DNA of 64,000 nt from Eledone cirrhosa (taxonomy: Eukaryota), in contig OZ024742.1 in assembly GCA_964016885.1 (NCBI GenBank), positions 22,134,001 through 22,198,000 of the forward strand, written 5' to 3'. This document shows, piece by piece, positions 14,292 to 29,847 of this stretch. Under the pieces are notes generated by a model. The model was not told where the DNA came from. It saw only the letters and a list, made by a program, of their open reading frames with translations, and ran no database searches. The position numbers were made by a program, and so were the translations under genes. The first letter of the stretch is position 1, and each line of letters opens with the position of its first letter.

Positions 14292-14633
14292 TCATCATCA
14301 TCATTTCATTTTACATCCGCTTTTCCCTGCTTGCAAGGGTGGGACGGGAACTGATTCTGGCTTGATTTCTACAGCTGGATGCCCTTCCTAACACCAACCT
14401 CATTTTTTACAGTGAGTGCTGGGTGCTTTTTTGCCGTGGCACCTCTACGACCACTTTGCAGTGGAATGATAGGGATCCCAGTCCCTATCATCTCATTTCT
14501 ACAGCTGAGGAAACTGGAGCAATGTGAAATAAAGTGTCTTGCTCAAGGAAACAACACATCACCCGGTCTGAGAATTGAACTCACAACCTTTCGATTGCAA
14601 GGCCAATGCTCTAACCACTAAGCCATGTGCCTC
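14292..14633 (-). mobile_element. SINE family 1, full length
   Basis: tRNA-like head (TGGCTTAGTGG, GTTCAATTC), central domain TCCTTGAGCAAGACACTTTATTTCAC, RTE 3' tail; head abuts (TA)n. Confidence 0.92.
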
Positions 14634-14757
<124 letters not shown>

Positions 14758-14822
14758 TTGTTGTTATTTCTGTTTACCTTTTACATCATCATCATCATTA
14801 TCATCGTTTAATGTCTATCTTC

Positions 14823-15165
14823 CACGACCGTGACCTCTGGTGTCACGCAGTCCCATGGGTACAAGTTGAAGCATATAGACAATATGCCCCCACACTCTCC
14901 CACTGCAAAGTGGTCGTGGAGGTGCCACGGCAAAAAAGCTCCCAGGCCACACTGTAAAGTGGACGTGTAGGCGCCACGGAAAAAAAGCACCCAGCACTCA
15001 CTGTAAATGAGGTTGGTGTTAGGAAGGACATCCAGCTGTAGAAATCAAGCCAAAGTCAGTTCCTGTATGAGCAAGGCATGGTCAGCCGACCAGACACTGC
15101 CCACAACAGTACAACCCGTATAACCCATGCTAGCATGGAAGAACGGACGTAAAACGGTGATGATA
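14823..15165 (+). mobile_element. RTE LINE 3' end (same family as 59538-62204)
   Basis: DRDLWCHAV followed by a 3' UTR highly similar to the reverse complement of 59540-59905. Confidence 0.88.
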
Positions 15166-15167
15166 GT

Positions 15168-15280
15168 GAAGGTGTGTGGCCGGGTGGTTAGAGAATTGGA
15201 TTCACAATCTTGGGGTTGTGAGTTCGATTCCTGGACCGAGCGATGCATATGTCCTTGAGCAAGACACTTTATTTCACGAC
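15168..15280 (+). mobile_element. tRNA-derived SINE head
   Basis: TGGCCGGGTGGTTAGA..GTTCGATTCC..TCCTTGAGCAAGACACTTTATTTCAC. Confidence 0.75.
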
Positions 15281-15789
15281 CGATAGATAGTACTAGCAAC
15301 TGGAAAGACCGACGAAAACATTGTTTCGTCGGTCCGGTTTGATGAAAGTCGATTGATCCTTATATATATATATATATATATATGAACTTTCGTACAAGCA
15401 AGACATGGTCCCCCAACCGTCTAACCCATGCTAGCATGGAAAATGGACGTTACACGACGACGACAATGATATTTATATATATATATATATCTAGAGTGGA
15501 AAATGGACGTTAAACGATGATGATGATGATATATATATTTATGAAAATAACAGATTAAAGTTTAAGCAAAGAATCGCTGCTTTCACCCTTAACAGGATCC
15601 TCTGAAACTGAATAAATCAATCTGTGAACGCAGAAGTAAATATTTCGAAAAACGTTGCAACCGAAGGAAGACAGGAAGACGATACTTTGGTTAGACGACT
15701 GGACATTGCCCACGACAGGACAACACGTCTAGCCCATGCTAGCGTGGAAGAACGGGTGTAAAAAGGTTGATGATCATGAGGATGATGAT

Positions 15790-17160
<1,371 letters not shown>

Positions 17161-18229
17161 ATCATCATCATCATCATCATCAACGTTTAACGTCCGTGTT
17201 CCACGCTTGCATGGGTTTGGACGGGGGTAGTCCCACTTGAGGCAAGAGTGATTGTCTTGCTCGCATAGGACTGTCTGGCAGGTTTTCTACAGTTGGATGC
17301 CCTTCCTAACACCAACCACATTTACAGTGTGGGTCTGGGAGGTTTTTACCGTGTTGCCTACACGGCCACATTACAGCGTGGACTGTGTGTTTTTTTGTCG
17401 TGACACCTACACGATCTCATTTGTTTCGGCCTCGATGGCGCGGCACCAACATAACTTTACATAGAACGGGGTGGTGTGGATCGGGTGGGGGTGGTGGGAC
17501 GGGGTGTATTTGTTAGAGATGCCTACTGGCTGGAGTAGGTTTTACTATATATTTAGGTAAGGCGGGTCTTCTCTGTTACTGAGTACCGCCAAAGGTCTCG
17601 GTCCAGTGACATTGTCTTGGAGAGGTGTAAGTGTGTGATGTCGGAGTTTATCAGCTCGTCCCAGGTTTTTCTAGGTCTGCCTATTCCGTGACTACCGTCT
17701 ATCTTTATTGCCCTGCACTTTGTTATACAGCTATCGACTTTCATGCGCATCACGTGTCCATACCAACGTAGCCTTCTCTCGAGTAAACAACATCTGATCC
17801 CTCTTATCTCTAATTTATTCCTTAGTTCGTTTATGCTTTGCCGTTCACGTATATTACTGTTACACATCCAGCGGAGCATGCAAGCTTCGTTCCTCTCTAG
17901 TCTGCGTATATCCTCTGCACACAATGCCCAGGTCTCACTGCCATGCAGCATTGCTGTTCGTATGCAGGCATCGTACAACCTGCCTTTCATTTTTAGTGAG
18001 AACCCTTTAGCAGCTAATAGTGGTATAAGCTCTCTGAACTTTTTCCAACCAGTTCTGACTCTAGCTACAGTACTTTCAGAGCACCCTCCCCCACTGCTGA
18101 TTTTATCGCCCAGGTAACGGAAGCTGTCCACTATTTCTATAGAACCCTCTGCGCAATTGAAAGAGCTAGTAGTTTGTGGGCACTTGCTGCTACTTATTGC
18201 ACCAGAGCACCGGCCACATGTAAAATCTA
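17161..18229 (-). mobile_element. RTE LINE, 5'-truncated (close relative of 5577-7125)
   Basis: Uninterrupted frame [37 protein letters not shown] to the stop at 17553; same 3' UTR and (GAT)n tail. Confidence 0.95.
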
Positions 18230-18261
18230 TGTATATATATGTATATGTATGTATATATATG

Positions 18262-18296
<35 letters not shown>

Positions 18297-18301
18297 GTAT
18301 G

Positions 18302-18335
<34 letters not shown>

Positions 18336-18343
18336 TATGTATG

Positions 18344-18416
<73 letters not shown>

Positions 18417-18427
18417 GTATATATATG

Positions 18428-18460
<33 letters not shown>

Positions 18461-18511
18461 GTGTATGTATATATATATATATGTGTATGTATATATATAT
18501 ATATATGTATG

Positions 18512-18578
<67 letters not shown>

Positions 18579-18583
18579 GTATA

Positions 18584-18626
<43 letters not shown>
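18230..18626. repeat. (TA)n punctuated by G
   Basis: Directly visible. Confidence 0.95.
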
Positions 18627-18627
<1 letters not shown>

Positions 18628-21161
18628 ACTTTGAATAACTTTGAAATGTTTTGGCCAGTATTGGCCCAGGCCATGTCTAACTTAATAGCACCACCTGGCG
18701 AAGTCTTTCAATTCAGGATTTGGGCACCATGGCCCATTCGAGAAGAGAATTACTGTTTGCGGAGACGTATCCGGGTGTGGGTGGTTTGTCCGGGATTACT
18801 TGGAGGAATTTGTCCAAAGACTTCTTGAATTTTGTGTGGTCAGTTTCTGTTTTGACGTGTCCTGGTGTGATGTTGAAGAGAGCAGGGCCGATTGAGGTGA
18901 AATAATTGTGCCGTATTGTTGTTATGAGTTGCGATTTAGATTTTTGAATGGGACGGATAGCACGGGGCCCAAGCCTTGGGTGTATCTTGAAGGCGATGCC
19001 AACATCATTTGGGCAGTGATGATGGAACATTTTCCACATCATGCAGATAATATAACGCTCACGGCGACGTTGGAGTGAGTAAAGTTTCAGGTTTTCCAAT
19101 CGACCCCAGTAGTCAAGGTCTGACATGCCATCTATCTTTTTCGTGATTGCCCTTTGAGGAGCTTCAAGTTTCATGATACTTTGTTTCGTGTGGGGAGACC
19201 ACAGTGGACAACAGTATTCAAGGTGTGGTCGGGCGAAAGTAGAGAAGAGAAGGATAATGGTGCGGGAATCTCTCGACTGGAAGGTTCTGACGATCCAGGA
19301 ACACATTCTGCGGGCCATGTCAACTTTGCTGCTTATATGCGTGGTCCAGCTTATGTTGCTGTCCACGGTTACTCCCAAGTCTCTGATGTTGTTAGATGCC
19401 ACGAGAGTTTCCCCGGAGGGAAGGGAGTACGGGAGTTTCAGAGCATCCTCTTTTCCAAAGTGGATCAGTTCGAATTTGTCTTCGTTCAGTAACATGTTGT
19501 TCTTTTCTGCCCATTGGGTAACAGCCAGTAGGTCTGACTGAAGGCTTATCCGGTCATCCACGCCATTGATGACCTTTTGGAGCTTGGAATCATCAGCGAA
19601 AATTTTAATGTTGCTGTGTTTGATGATGTCAGTGATGTCATTAATATAGATGATGAAGAGAAGTGGGCCCAACACAGTGCCTTGTGGGACTCCACTACTG
19701 ACTTTGGCTGGGCTTAATTTGACTCCCTCAACTACAACATGTTGGGTTCTGTTTGACAGGAAGCTCTTGATCCACTGCAGCAGCTTTCCAGTGACACCAA
19801 TATTGGACAGCTTTCTCAGTAGAATGTTATGATCAACCCTGTCAAAGGCCTTGCTGAAATCAAGGTAGATAACATCAGTGTTGGAACCCTCTCCCAAGGC
19901 TCTCAAAATGTCATCAAAGTGATGCAGTAGTTGCGTCAGGCAATCCCTTCCATTACGGAATCCATGCTGGTTGGAGTTCAGCATATTGTTACTCTCAAGG
20001 AAGTGTGTCATTCGCGATCTCACCACTCGCTCAAATACCTTAATGATATGAGAGGTGAGTGAGATTGGACGGTAATTCACGGCAAGGGATTTGTTTCCCT
20101 TTTTGAAAACTGGGACAACAGACTGGGATAGAAGGTTTTCTGGCACATATCCAGCATCCAGTGAGTTCCGCCACAGATTGGCAAGAGGAGAAGCAAGTTG
20201 GTGTTGACACGCCTTCAAGACACAAGCAGGGAACCTATCGGGACCTACTGCTGAATTATGCTTGATTTCCTTTATTGCCGCCAAGACATCAGGGGCGCCA
20301 AACGTTATGTCCGATAAGGTATAATGGGGAGTAACATCGCCGATACAGCCCAGATCGGCCATATCAGGATTGCTGAAAACAGAGCAGTATTGTTTCTGCA
20401 GTATCTCACCCATGGTTTTAGCATTGTCTTGAAGAGTGCCATTTTCATCAATTAGAGGGCCAACAGTAGAGCCAGTGATTTTGTGTTTTTTTGCAAATGA
20501 AAAGAACACTTTGGGATTGAGTTTGATCTTCTCAATGGCCCAGGCCTCTTCAGCTCTTCTCTGATTGTTGATGAGGGACATTATGTTGTTTTGGAGGTTA
20601 TGTTTTTTAATCTCTAGTGATGAAATGGCAGTCAAGTTGATGTGTTGCTGCTGACAGTATTTCAGCTTGTTGATTTTTTTGTTCGTTCTCTTAATTTTTC
20701 TGATGAGCGTTTTTCTATTTCTAGGATTCTGCTCTTAGATTTGTTTATAGTTCTTAATGGGGTGCGTTTAGCACATATGTTTGTAACAGTGTCCACAAAT
20801 GTCTGCCAGGACTTTTTGATGTTAGTGGGTGTATGAGTGTGCGTGAAGGACCAGTCGACATGTGCAAGATCATGACTGATCGCTTCCCAGTTTGCATTGT
20901 GGAAATCCATAGCGTCAAACGGATGGACAGGAGAAATGACATTGGGTTTGTATATTGGACGGTGGAATCTCAGATCACAGAGAACCATGTCATGATCAGA
21001 GAGTAGAGTTTTCTCCACTGCAATATTGTGGATATTGTCAGTGTGATTGCTGAAAATTAAGTCTAGGACGTTTTTGTGGCACCTCGTTGGTTCGAGCACT
21101 AGTTGGGATAGGAAGAAATCATCCATGAAGTCAAGAAGCGATTCCACAGCTTCCCTGTCAG
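18627..21161 (-). mobile_element. CR1/L2-group LINE; ORF2 (end of APE plus RT) runs into the assembly gap
   Basis: NVLDLIFSN..LSDH (APE end); single frameshift near 20727; short 3' UTR with GGCC hairpin and (TTCAAAGTTA)2 tail. Confidence 0.93.
18713..20635 (-). CDS. Reverse transcriptase portion of LINE ORF2 (640 aa open; true start lies upstream)
   Basis: [53 protein letters not shown] and YSLQRRRER. Confidence 0.9.
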   Translation of the reverse strand: MTAISSLEIKKHNLQNNIMSLINNQRRAEEAWAIEKIKLNPKVFFSFAKKHKITGSTVGPLIDENGTLQDNAKTMGEILQKQYCSVFSNPDMADLGCIGDVTPHYTLSDITFGAPDVLAAIKEIKHNSAVGPDRFPACVLKACQHQLASPLANLWRNSLDAGYVPENLLSQSVVPVFKKGNKSLAVNYRPISLTSHIIKVFERVVRSRMTHFLESNNMLNSNQHGFRNGRDCLTQLLHHFDDILRALGEGSNTDVIYLDFSKAFDRVDHNILLRKLSNIGVTGKLLQWIKSFLSNRTQHVVVEGVKLSPAKVSSGVPQGTVLGPLLFIIYINDITDIIKHSNIKIFADDSKLQKVINGVDDRISLQSDLLAVTQWAEKNNMLLNEDKFELIHFGKEDALKLPYSLPSGETLVASNNIRDLGVTVDSNISWTTHISSKVDMARRMCSWIVRTFQSRDSRTIILLFSTFARPHLEYCCPLWSPHTKQSIMKLEAPQRAITKKIDGMSDLDYWGRLENLKLYSLQRRRERYIICMMWKMFHHHCPNDVGIAFKIHPRLGPRAIRPIQKSKSQLITTIRHNYFTSIGPALFNITPGHVKTETDHTKFKKSLDKFLQVIPDKPPTPGYVSANSNSLLEWAMVPKS

Positions 21162-21361
21162 NNNNNNNNNNNNNNNNNNNNNNNNNNNNNNNNNNNNNNN
21201 NNNNNNNNNNNNNNNNNNNNNNNNNNNNNNNNNNNNNNNNNNNNNNNNNNNNNNNNNNNNNNNNNNNNNNNNNNNNNNNNNNNNNNNNNNNNNNNNNNNN
21301 NNNNNNNNNNNNNNNNNNNNNNNNNNNNNNNNNNNNNNNNNNNNNNNNNNNNNNNNNNNNN
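21162..21361. other. Assembly gap (200 N)
   Basis: Run of N. Confidence 1.
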
Positions 21362-21420
21362 ATCCGGCTGAGGCCATGCTGGGGCACCGCCCTTGTTGCT
21401 ACACATTTTATCTCCAGCCT

Positions 21421-21976
21421 GTGTATACACACCACATGCACATGCAGAGACGGTATACATATATATATATATATATTTTTTTATATATATACACACAGAC
21501 ACATATAACCACCTACACCCATACACATATAAATGTATACACGGGCACACACGCACACACACACAGCGTAGGATACCCGGGTCAAAGTCGATATTAAATA
21601 CGATATTAAATACAATATTAAATATGTGTACACTCGAATCGGTCAATGGCACGTGCAGACATGAATATCTCCGTAGGATTTCAACTGTATTTTAATACAT
21701 CTCATCGTATGTATTTGTTTGAATATATTACCTGTGGTGGTGGGTCTGATCTAATGTGGTATTTCGGTGTTTAATATTTAATATTGTATTTAATATCGTA
21801 TTTAATATCGACTTTGACCCGGGTATCCTACGCTGTGTGTGTGTGCGTGTGTGCCCGTGTATACATTTATATGTGTATGGGTGTAGGTGGTTATATGTGT
21901 CTGTGTGTATATATATAAAAAAATATATATATATATATATGTATACCGTCTCTGCATGTGCATGTGGTGTGTATAC
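21421..21976. repeat. Inverted repeat, ~205-bp arms (21421-21625 / 21772-21976), ~145-bp spacer
   Basis: Arms are essentially exact reverse complements. Confidence 0.93.
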
Positions 21977-22154
21977 GTGCATATACGTACTGAACATATT
22001 GATGTGTACAATCTTGTGATGTCCCAATGCGGTGACTTAATGGCTTTTATATTTTGTATTTTGCATGCGCTACAACTGTACCTGCTTGCTTTAACCTAAC
22101 GCTTGCATGTGAATTCTTCTAACTCCTTTGATGCACCTTTCTGACCATTTGACT

Positions 22155-22545
22155 CCTGCCCGTGTTGAACCGGTTTGTGATTACCCCACCGCTCGAGTGA
22201 TACTGGTGACTGTGACACTTAGCGCCTTCGTGGGCCCCTGATGTTCTCAAGAAATATATATTTTTAAAAAATTGGTGTGTGAACCGGTTTGTGATTACCC
22301 CACCGCTCAACTGTGTGAATGCAGACCCATGACTTTCGAGTGAACTTTCGAGACTGCCCAACCTGGGACGCCTCCATTGCCTTGCAATGGTCAAGTGATA
22401 CTGGTGACTGTGACACTTAGTGCCTTCGTGGGCCCCTGATGTTTTCAAGAAATGTATTTTGAAAAATTGGTCAAGTGATACACATAACTGTGACATTTAG
22501 TGCCTTCGTGGGCCCCTGATATATTCAAGAGATATATTCTAAAAA
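22155..22545. repeat. Mosaic direct repeats (3x gccttcgtgggcccctgat module; 2x gaaccggtttgtgattaccccaccgctc)
   Basis: Directly visible. Confidence 0.85.
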
Positions 22546-23350
22546 AATATATATCTTATCTCAATTTACTTTATTTCATTTTATTTTATTTCATTTCATG
22601 TTATCTAATTTTATTTATTTACTTACTTGACTCCATTTATTTATTTATTTATTTATTTATTTATATTTAAATTTAGATTTTAATTTTAAAATTTTAAAAT
22701 TTAAATTTTAATTTTATTTATTTATTTAATTTTTAATTTTTATTTATTTATTTCTTTATTTATTTATTTAATTACATTTAATTACATTTAATTATACATA
22801 TAATTATAATTACACATTTGATTTTAATTTTAATTTAGTCTATGTTATTTGATTTTAGTTTACCTTATTTTATCTTATTTTACGATTATACTATATTATG
22901 TTCTATGTATATAATTTTTAATTTTTAATTGTATATTATTTTATCTCATTCCTTACCCTATATTTTATATTTTATATGTAAGTTTGTTATGTATTTCTTT
23001 GTATTTCTTTTTATATATATTATAAGTCTGTTTTTTACCTATTTTTTACCTATTTTTTACCTACTCTTACCTAATCCCATTATCTTATCTACTCTTGTCT
23101 GTTCTCTTATCCATGTGTCTACTCTTGTCTGTTCTCTTATCCATGTGTACGCTTGTATGTAACTATATGTTGACAGCACACCGCCCAACTGTGACAGATA
23201 GCACCCCTTATTTTTATTTTTATTTTTATTTTTATTTTCACTTTTATTTTTATTTACTTTTTATTCTTATCCTCTATCGTCTATTATTACCTTTCATTCT
23301 TCAATGTCTTGGATTTGTTATTGCTTGTATGGTATGTAATTTAACCTTTA

Positions 23351-23396
23351 TGCTCTGATGAGTCCCACTTATAGTGTGGATGAAACAATGTTAGCA
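23351..23396 (+). ncRNA. Type I hammerhead ribozyme (minimal, PLE type)
   Basis: TGCT-CTGATGA-GTCC CAC ttata GTG t GGAT-GAAAC aat GTT^AGCA: stem I TGCT/AGCA, canonical core, cleavage triplet GUU. Confidence 0.75.
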
Positions 23397-23537
23397 AGTA
23401 AAGATATGCATATGCTATAAGCGTTCTTTGTTATTTATTTATTATATTACGGCTCTGTCCTCAGACATTGAGCTAACCTCATACTGCCTGCTGGATAAGT
23501 GGAGTGTTATACACCCCTGATCCTTTCCCTAGCATAC

Positions 23538-25772
<2,235 letters not shown>

Positions 25773-25832
25773 ATACTTTGGGAGGTTCATGTTGCCAATA
25801 AGAAACACACGCAGCAGTTGCTTTCACTTCAA

Positions 25833-26502
25833 TCTATATATATAAAGCTGTGGTTGTCTGTCTGTCTATCGATTTTTGGCACACATCTCCTCTTAGAATC
25901 TCTGACGGAATTGCACCGAAATTGCTATACTTGTACATTGAGCCCTAGCGAAGACATCGGAAAAAAAATATTTCAAATTGACCCACCCTATGTGACGAAA
26001 TCGAATCTAATGTATCGATTTTTGAGCGTAAGTGACGAGTTATTTCCCTTTGTTCTGTTTATATTGAGCGTCTTACGTTCTGTTACGTTCTGTTTACATT
26101 TTCTGCATGAAAAAATTAAAAAAATTACGCTGGCTTTCTCAGCGTTTAAAATGACATTAACACAATACACGAACAGTTGTCGAGCCAGTAAAATTTTGAC
26201 CTGCAAAATTCATCAGTTCGAACACTAAGCTTCCGTTTTGCTTCATTTCCATTTAAAAGCCTTTTAAAACAATATTTTTACTTGAAAACAAGTCTATTTA
26301 AAGACTACGTAAAACAAGCAAATATTTCGTAAAAAAAAGCAAAAATTATATAAGTTTATTTAAAATATATGTATCTGTAAATTTCGTTAGGCGTGCAGAC
26401 AGACAATCGTGCAGACAGACTTTAAGCCAAAAAAGAAACTTAACATTGTAACTTTAACACAGCTACTGAGCGACCCCGAGCAACGCCGGGCTTTACTGCT
26501 AG
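25833..26502 (+). mobile_element. Non-autonomous Helitron (670 bp)
   Basis: 5' TC start; subterminal hairpin CCCGaGCaacGCCGGG (26475-26490); 3' CTAG; inserted between A and T with no TSD; the empty site ccaa|tttattat is seen in the paralogue near 52420-52435. Confidence 0.92.
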
Positions 26503-26572
26503 TTTATTATATATTTATAAATTTCTGGTTGGTTGGTTGGTTGGTTCCACAACCAGATAGTTGTTTATATAT

Positions 26573-26617
26573 AGTCATAGTTCTTTCGTCACACACTCTG
26601 TGACCTCTTCAGTGACT
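26573..26617 (-). ncRNA. Type I hammerhead ribozyme (left arm of palindrome 1)
   Basis: Exact reverse complement of 26726-26770. Confidence 0.8.
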
Positions 26618-26725
26618 GGGGATTCCTTTCTTTGTTTCTGTGCCTCTCCTTTGTTCTGTCCTACGCCATTTTGTTTCTCTAGGACAGAACAAAGGAGAGG
26701 CACAGAAACAAAGAAAGGAATCCCC

Positions 26726-26770
26726 AGTCACTGAAGAGGTCACAGAGTGTGTGACGAAAGAACTATGACT
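26726..26770 (+). ncRNA. Type I hammerhead ribozyme (right arm of palindrome 1)
   Basis: AGTCA-CTGAAGA-g-GTCACA gagtg TGTGAC-GAAAG aa CTA^TGACT: stem I 5 bp, stem II 6 bp, very short stem III, triplet CUA. Confidence 0.8.
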
Positions 26771-26880
26771 ATATATAAACAACTATCTGGTTGTGGAACC
26801 AACCAACCAACCAGAAATTTATAAATTTATAAATATATAATAAATTTCAGATAAAGAATCTTGCTAAACAAATTCAGAAA

Positions 26881-26948
<68 letters not shown>

Positions 26949-26959
26949 GTATATATATG

Positions 26960-26996
<37 letters not shown>

Positions 26997-26997
26997 G

Positions 26998-27031
<34 letters not shown>

Positions 27032-27038
<7 letters not shown>

Positions 27039-27246
27039 AACAACATAAGATGATTATTTAATTTACCAGTGGTTTCTTGAAAGCAAATAAACCTGCTTTC
27101 AGTCGTCAGAATGAAAAAATCCGCTTGGTAATTTACCACTGGTAAATGAAATATTCACCTTATGTTGTTTATTACATAAATAAGCTCTGTAACTTACATA
27201 GAGCACTCTTTTTTCCTGGACCTTTCCGACGGAATTACTTCACAAA
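27032..27246. mobile_element. Small fold-back PLE-like end (~42-bp arms 27032-27073 / 27135-27177) plus 3' tail
   Basis: tgtaataaacaacataagatgattatttaatttaccagtggt matches its reverse complement with 3 mismatches; a hammerhead overlaps the left arm and spacer. Confidence 0.7.
27058..27115 (-). ncRNA. Type I hammerhead ribozyme
   Basis: Minus strand: TTCATT-CTGACGA-c TGAAAGCA ggtttatt TGCTTTCA a-GAAACC act GGTA^AATTAA; the sister arm has AATGAA, which gives a perfect stem I. Confidence 0.75.
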
Positions 27247-27307
27247 TATATATATAAACACTTGACAGTCTATTGTTGGGATGGAGGTGGGCAAAGTCCT
27301 GCCACAC

Positions 27308-27476
27308 AGTAGTAGTTAAAGTAGTAGTCGTTGTAGTAGTAGTGGTGGTAATAGTAGTAGCAGTCGTTGTAGTAGTGGTAATACTAGTAGCAGTCGTTGT
27401 AGTAGTAGTAATAGTAGTAGTAGTAGTAGTAGTAGTAGTACTAGTAGTAGTGGTAGTAGTAGTAGTAGTAGTAGTC
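27308..27476. repeat. (GTA)n microsatellite
   Basis: Directly visible. Confidence 0.95.
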
Positions 27477-28025
27477 ATTGTAAACTACTTTAATAAGGCT
27501 GATAGTGGCACAGATTATAAACAGCTCACCCCTATGGGGATTACAAATGATATTTCTACACAAAACCAACGACACGATCACGTTCACTTACGTGTGATTA
27601 AGTTTCCGTTATTAAAAGTTAATTGTGTAGTTTGGTAGGTAAAAGGTAGAAGTTAATTAACTTAGAGAGAGAGAGACTCGTAAACTAATTAAAACTGCTT
27701 GTTAATTATTAACAATAAACTAAACCTTTGAATAAAACTCTAGACGACTGCACACACGTACTGTGTGTGAATGAAATATTGTATATATGTGGTATCGGTT
27801 TGTTTGGTTGTTTGGATGGTAGAGAGAGAGATGATTCAACCTATGGCTCCAGGAGAACTCAGTCCATAGAAGTGAGTCAACATAAATATATCCACTCTAC
27901 ACCTTTAAATATGCTGAGCACTTCTTTGATTGCAGCCCTTCCCGGATTTTCCAACGGTGACCGTCCTATCTATCCACACATATATCTATATATGTTAGTT
28001 TAGATGTGTCTTTGCACATAAGCTC

Positions 28026-28112
28026 GCATATCTGATGAGATGTCGAAAAGAGTCGGACCCGTCACCTTGATTGTACCCTAAGCTGATCGATATTGAAACA
28101 ATTGTAATATGC
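28026..28112 (+). ncRNA. Type I hammerhead ribozyme with a large stem II loop
   Basis: GCATAT-CTGATGA-GATGTCGA..(40 nt)..TCGATATT-GAAAC AATT GTA^ATATGC; perfect 6-bp stem I; palindromic stem III ACAATTGT; AATAAA at 28114. Confidence 0.85.
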
Positions 28113-28369
28113 CAATAAAGTTAGTACATATGCTGCAACATTGACTTCAACTCTTTTAAATATATATTTAGGAATTTAGCAATAATTAATTGAATTTATT
28201 ATATGTTCATATATTCGTTCTGTAAGAATTATAAACAATATGTAATGATTTCTCCCGAATGAAACAGTTCTAGTCCTGTAGAAACCATTTCTATATTAAA
28301 TGTTTATACTCTGCTTTGTATTGAGTACCTTACTTACAGTGGTTACGCCCGATTGAACCTGGGATAAAC

Positions 28370-28402
<33 letters not shown>

Positions 28403-28480
28403 TTTCGAAACCCCGCCAGGTAAAACATAGAAGAATTCTGTTACATACACACACACGTGTGTGTGTGTGGTTTTAATGTA

Positions 28481-28530
<50 letters not shown>

Positions 28531-28590
28531 AAAAGTATGACCCCGACGGCAGAGCTCAAGCCGTTTCGACGGCTATTTCTGGACTCCTTA

Positions 28591-28629
<39 letters not shown>

Positions 28630-28683
28630 GTGGGAAAGTGAAAAATCGGAGAATAGACCGTTAAAACATATTTATTTAAAACA

Positions 28684-28723
28684 GCACCTACGTACGTTTC
28701 GCCCAGTTGGGCTTCTCAAGGGC
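28684..28723 (-). ncRNA. Hammerhead ribozyme, U3-A8 core variant
   Basis: Minus strand: GCCC-TTGAGAA-GCCC aact GGGC-GAAAC GTAC GTA^GGTGC; palindromic stem III ACGTACGT; stem I is short and bulged. Confidence 0.6.
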
Positions 28724-29219
28724 ATAAACAATCACAAGTGTTCCTTATATAGTTCGGAAAGAGTTTGGGGGGTTATATATATAGGAAAAGAGTCGGGACT
28801 CCGACGGCTGAGCCCCGGCCGTTTCGACGTTGTTTTAACGTGTGTGTGCGTGTATATATGTGTATGTGTATATATACATATATACAATGTTAGTATGTAT
28901 ATATACATAGAGAGAAATAATACAATGTTGTGTTAGTAAAAGTTGATCCTCAACAGAACAGGTGTTTTGACAATTGTTAATCGGCTCAGAAAACACATCA
29001 CAACATATCGTAGTTATCTGCTAACAACTTGCTTCCGCCCACAAGAAATAGACCTAGAAAGAAACACTATATATATATATATATATATATATAAGAATGG
29101 ATTCAGTTTGAAACTGGCCAGAACATTACTCAACAGAGTACTCGATACTTAGGGTAGTAGAGTATTATAGAAAGTCGAGTTTCGACTCTTTATAAATATA
29201 TATAGTTATATTGCAAAAC

Positions 29220-29288
<69 letters not shown>

Positions 29289-29774
29289 AAAATGAATGCA
29301 TCTATGCAGCAATCCACTTAATGTATATCAAGTGGATTATAGAAAGAATAAAAATAAATGATTTGACAATAAGCATGTTATCGCTTACAACACAGCAACT
29401 TATTCATTTCCTAAGACACTTTCAGAAAACAGTTCAAGTATGTGTGTTCCGAAAAAAGGAACGAACACCTTTGGGCTTACATAGTTTCATATACTTACAA
29501 ATGAGGCTTGTTCTTGTTGTTGGTAGTGGTGGAAGTGGTAGTGTCGTTATATGGACGTCAGTGTGTGTGTATATTTAGGTAATGAAGAAATACAGGTGTC
29601 CGGCTGTCTAGTCACTACTACTACTGGTGTTGACTGTCACAGGCCTTCAGAAATATACGATGACAAACAAAAAACATGTTGACAGTCAAACACCTGCCTT
29701 GACTAAACCAATTAAGTTTTCCCCTAAACCACACACAGAGGTCAGATTTTGAAACCCCCTATTCTATCTCTCAT

Positions 29775-29847
<73 letters not shown>

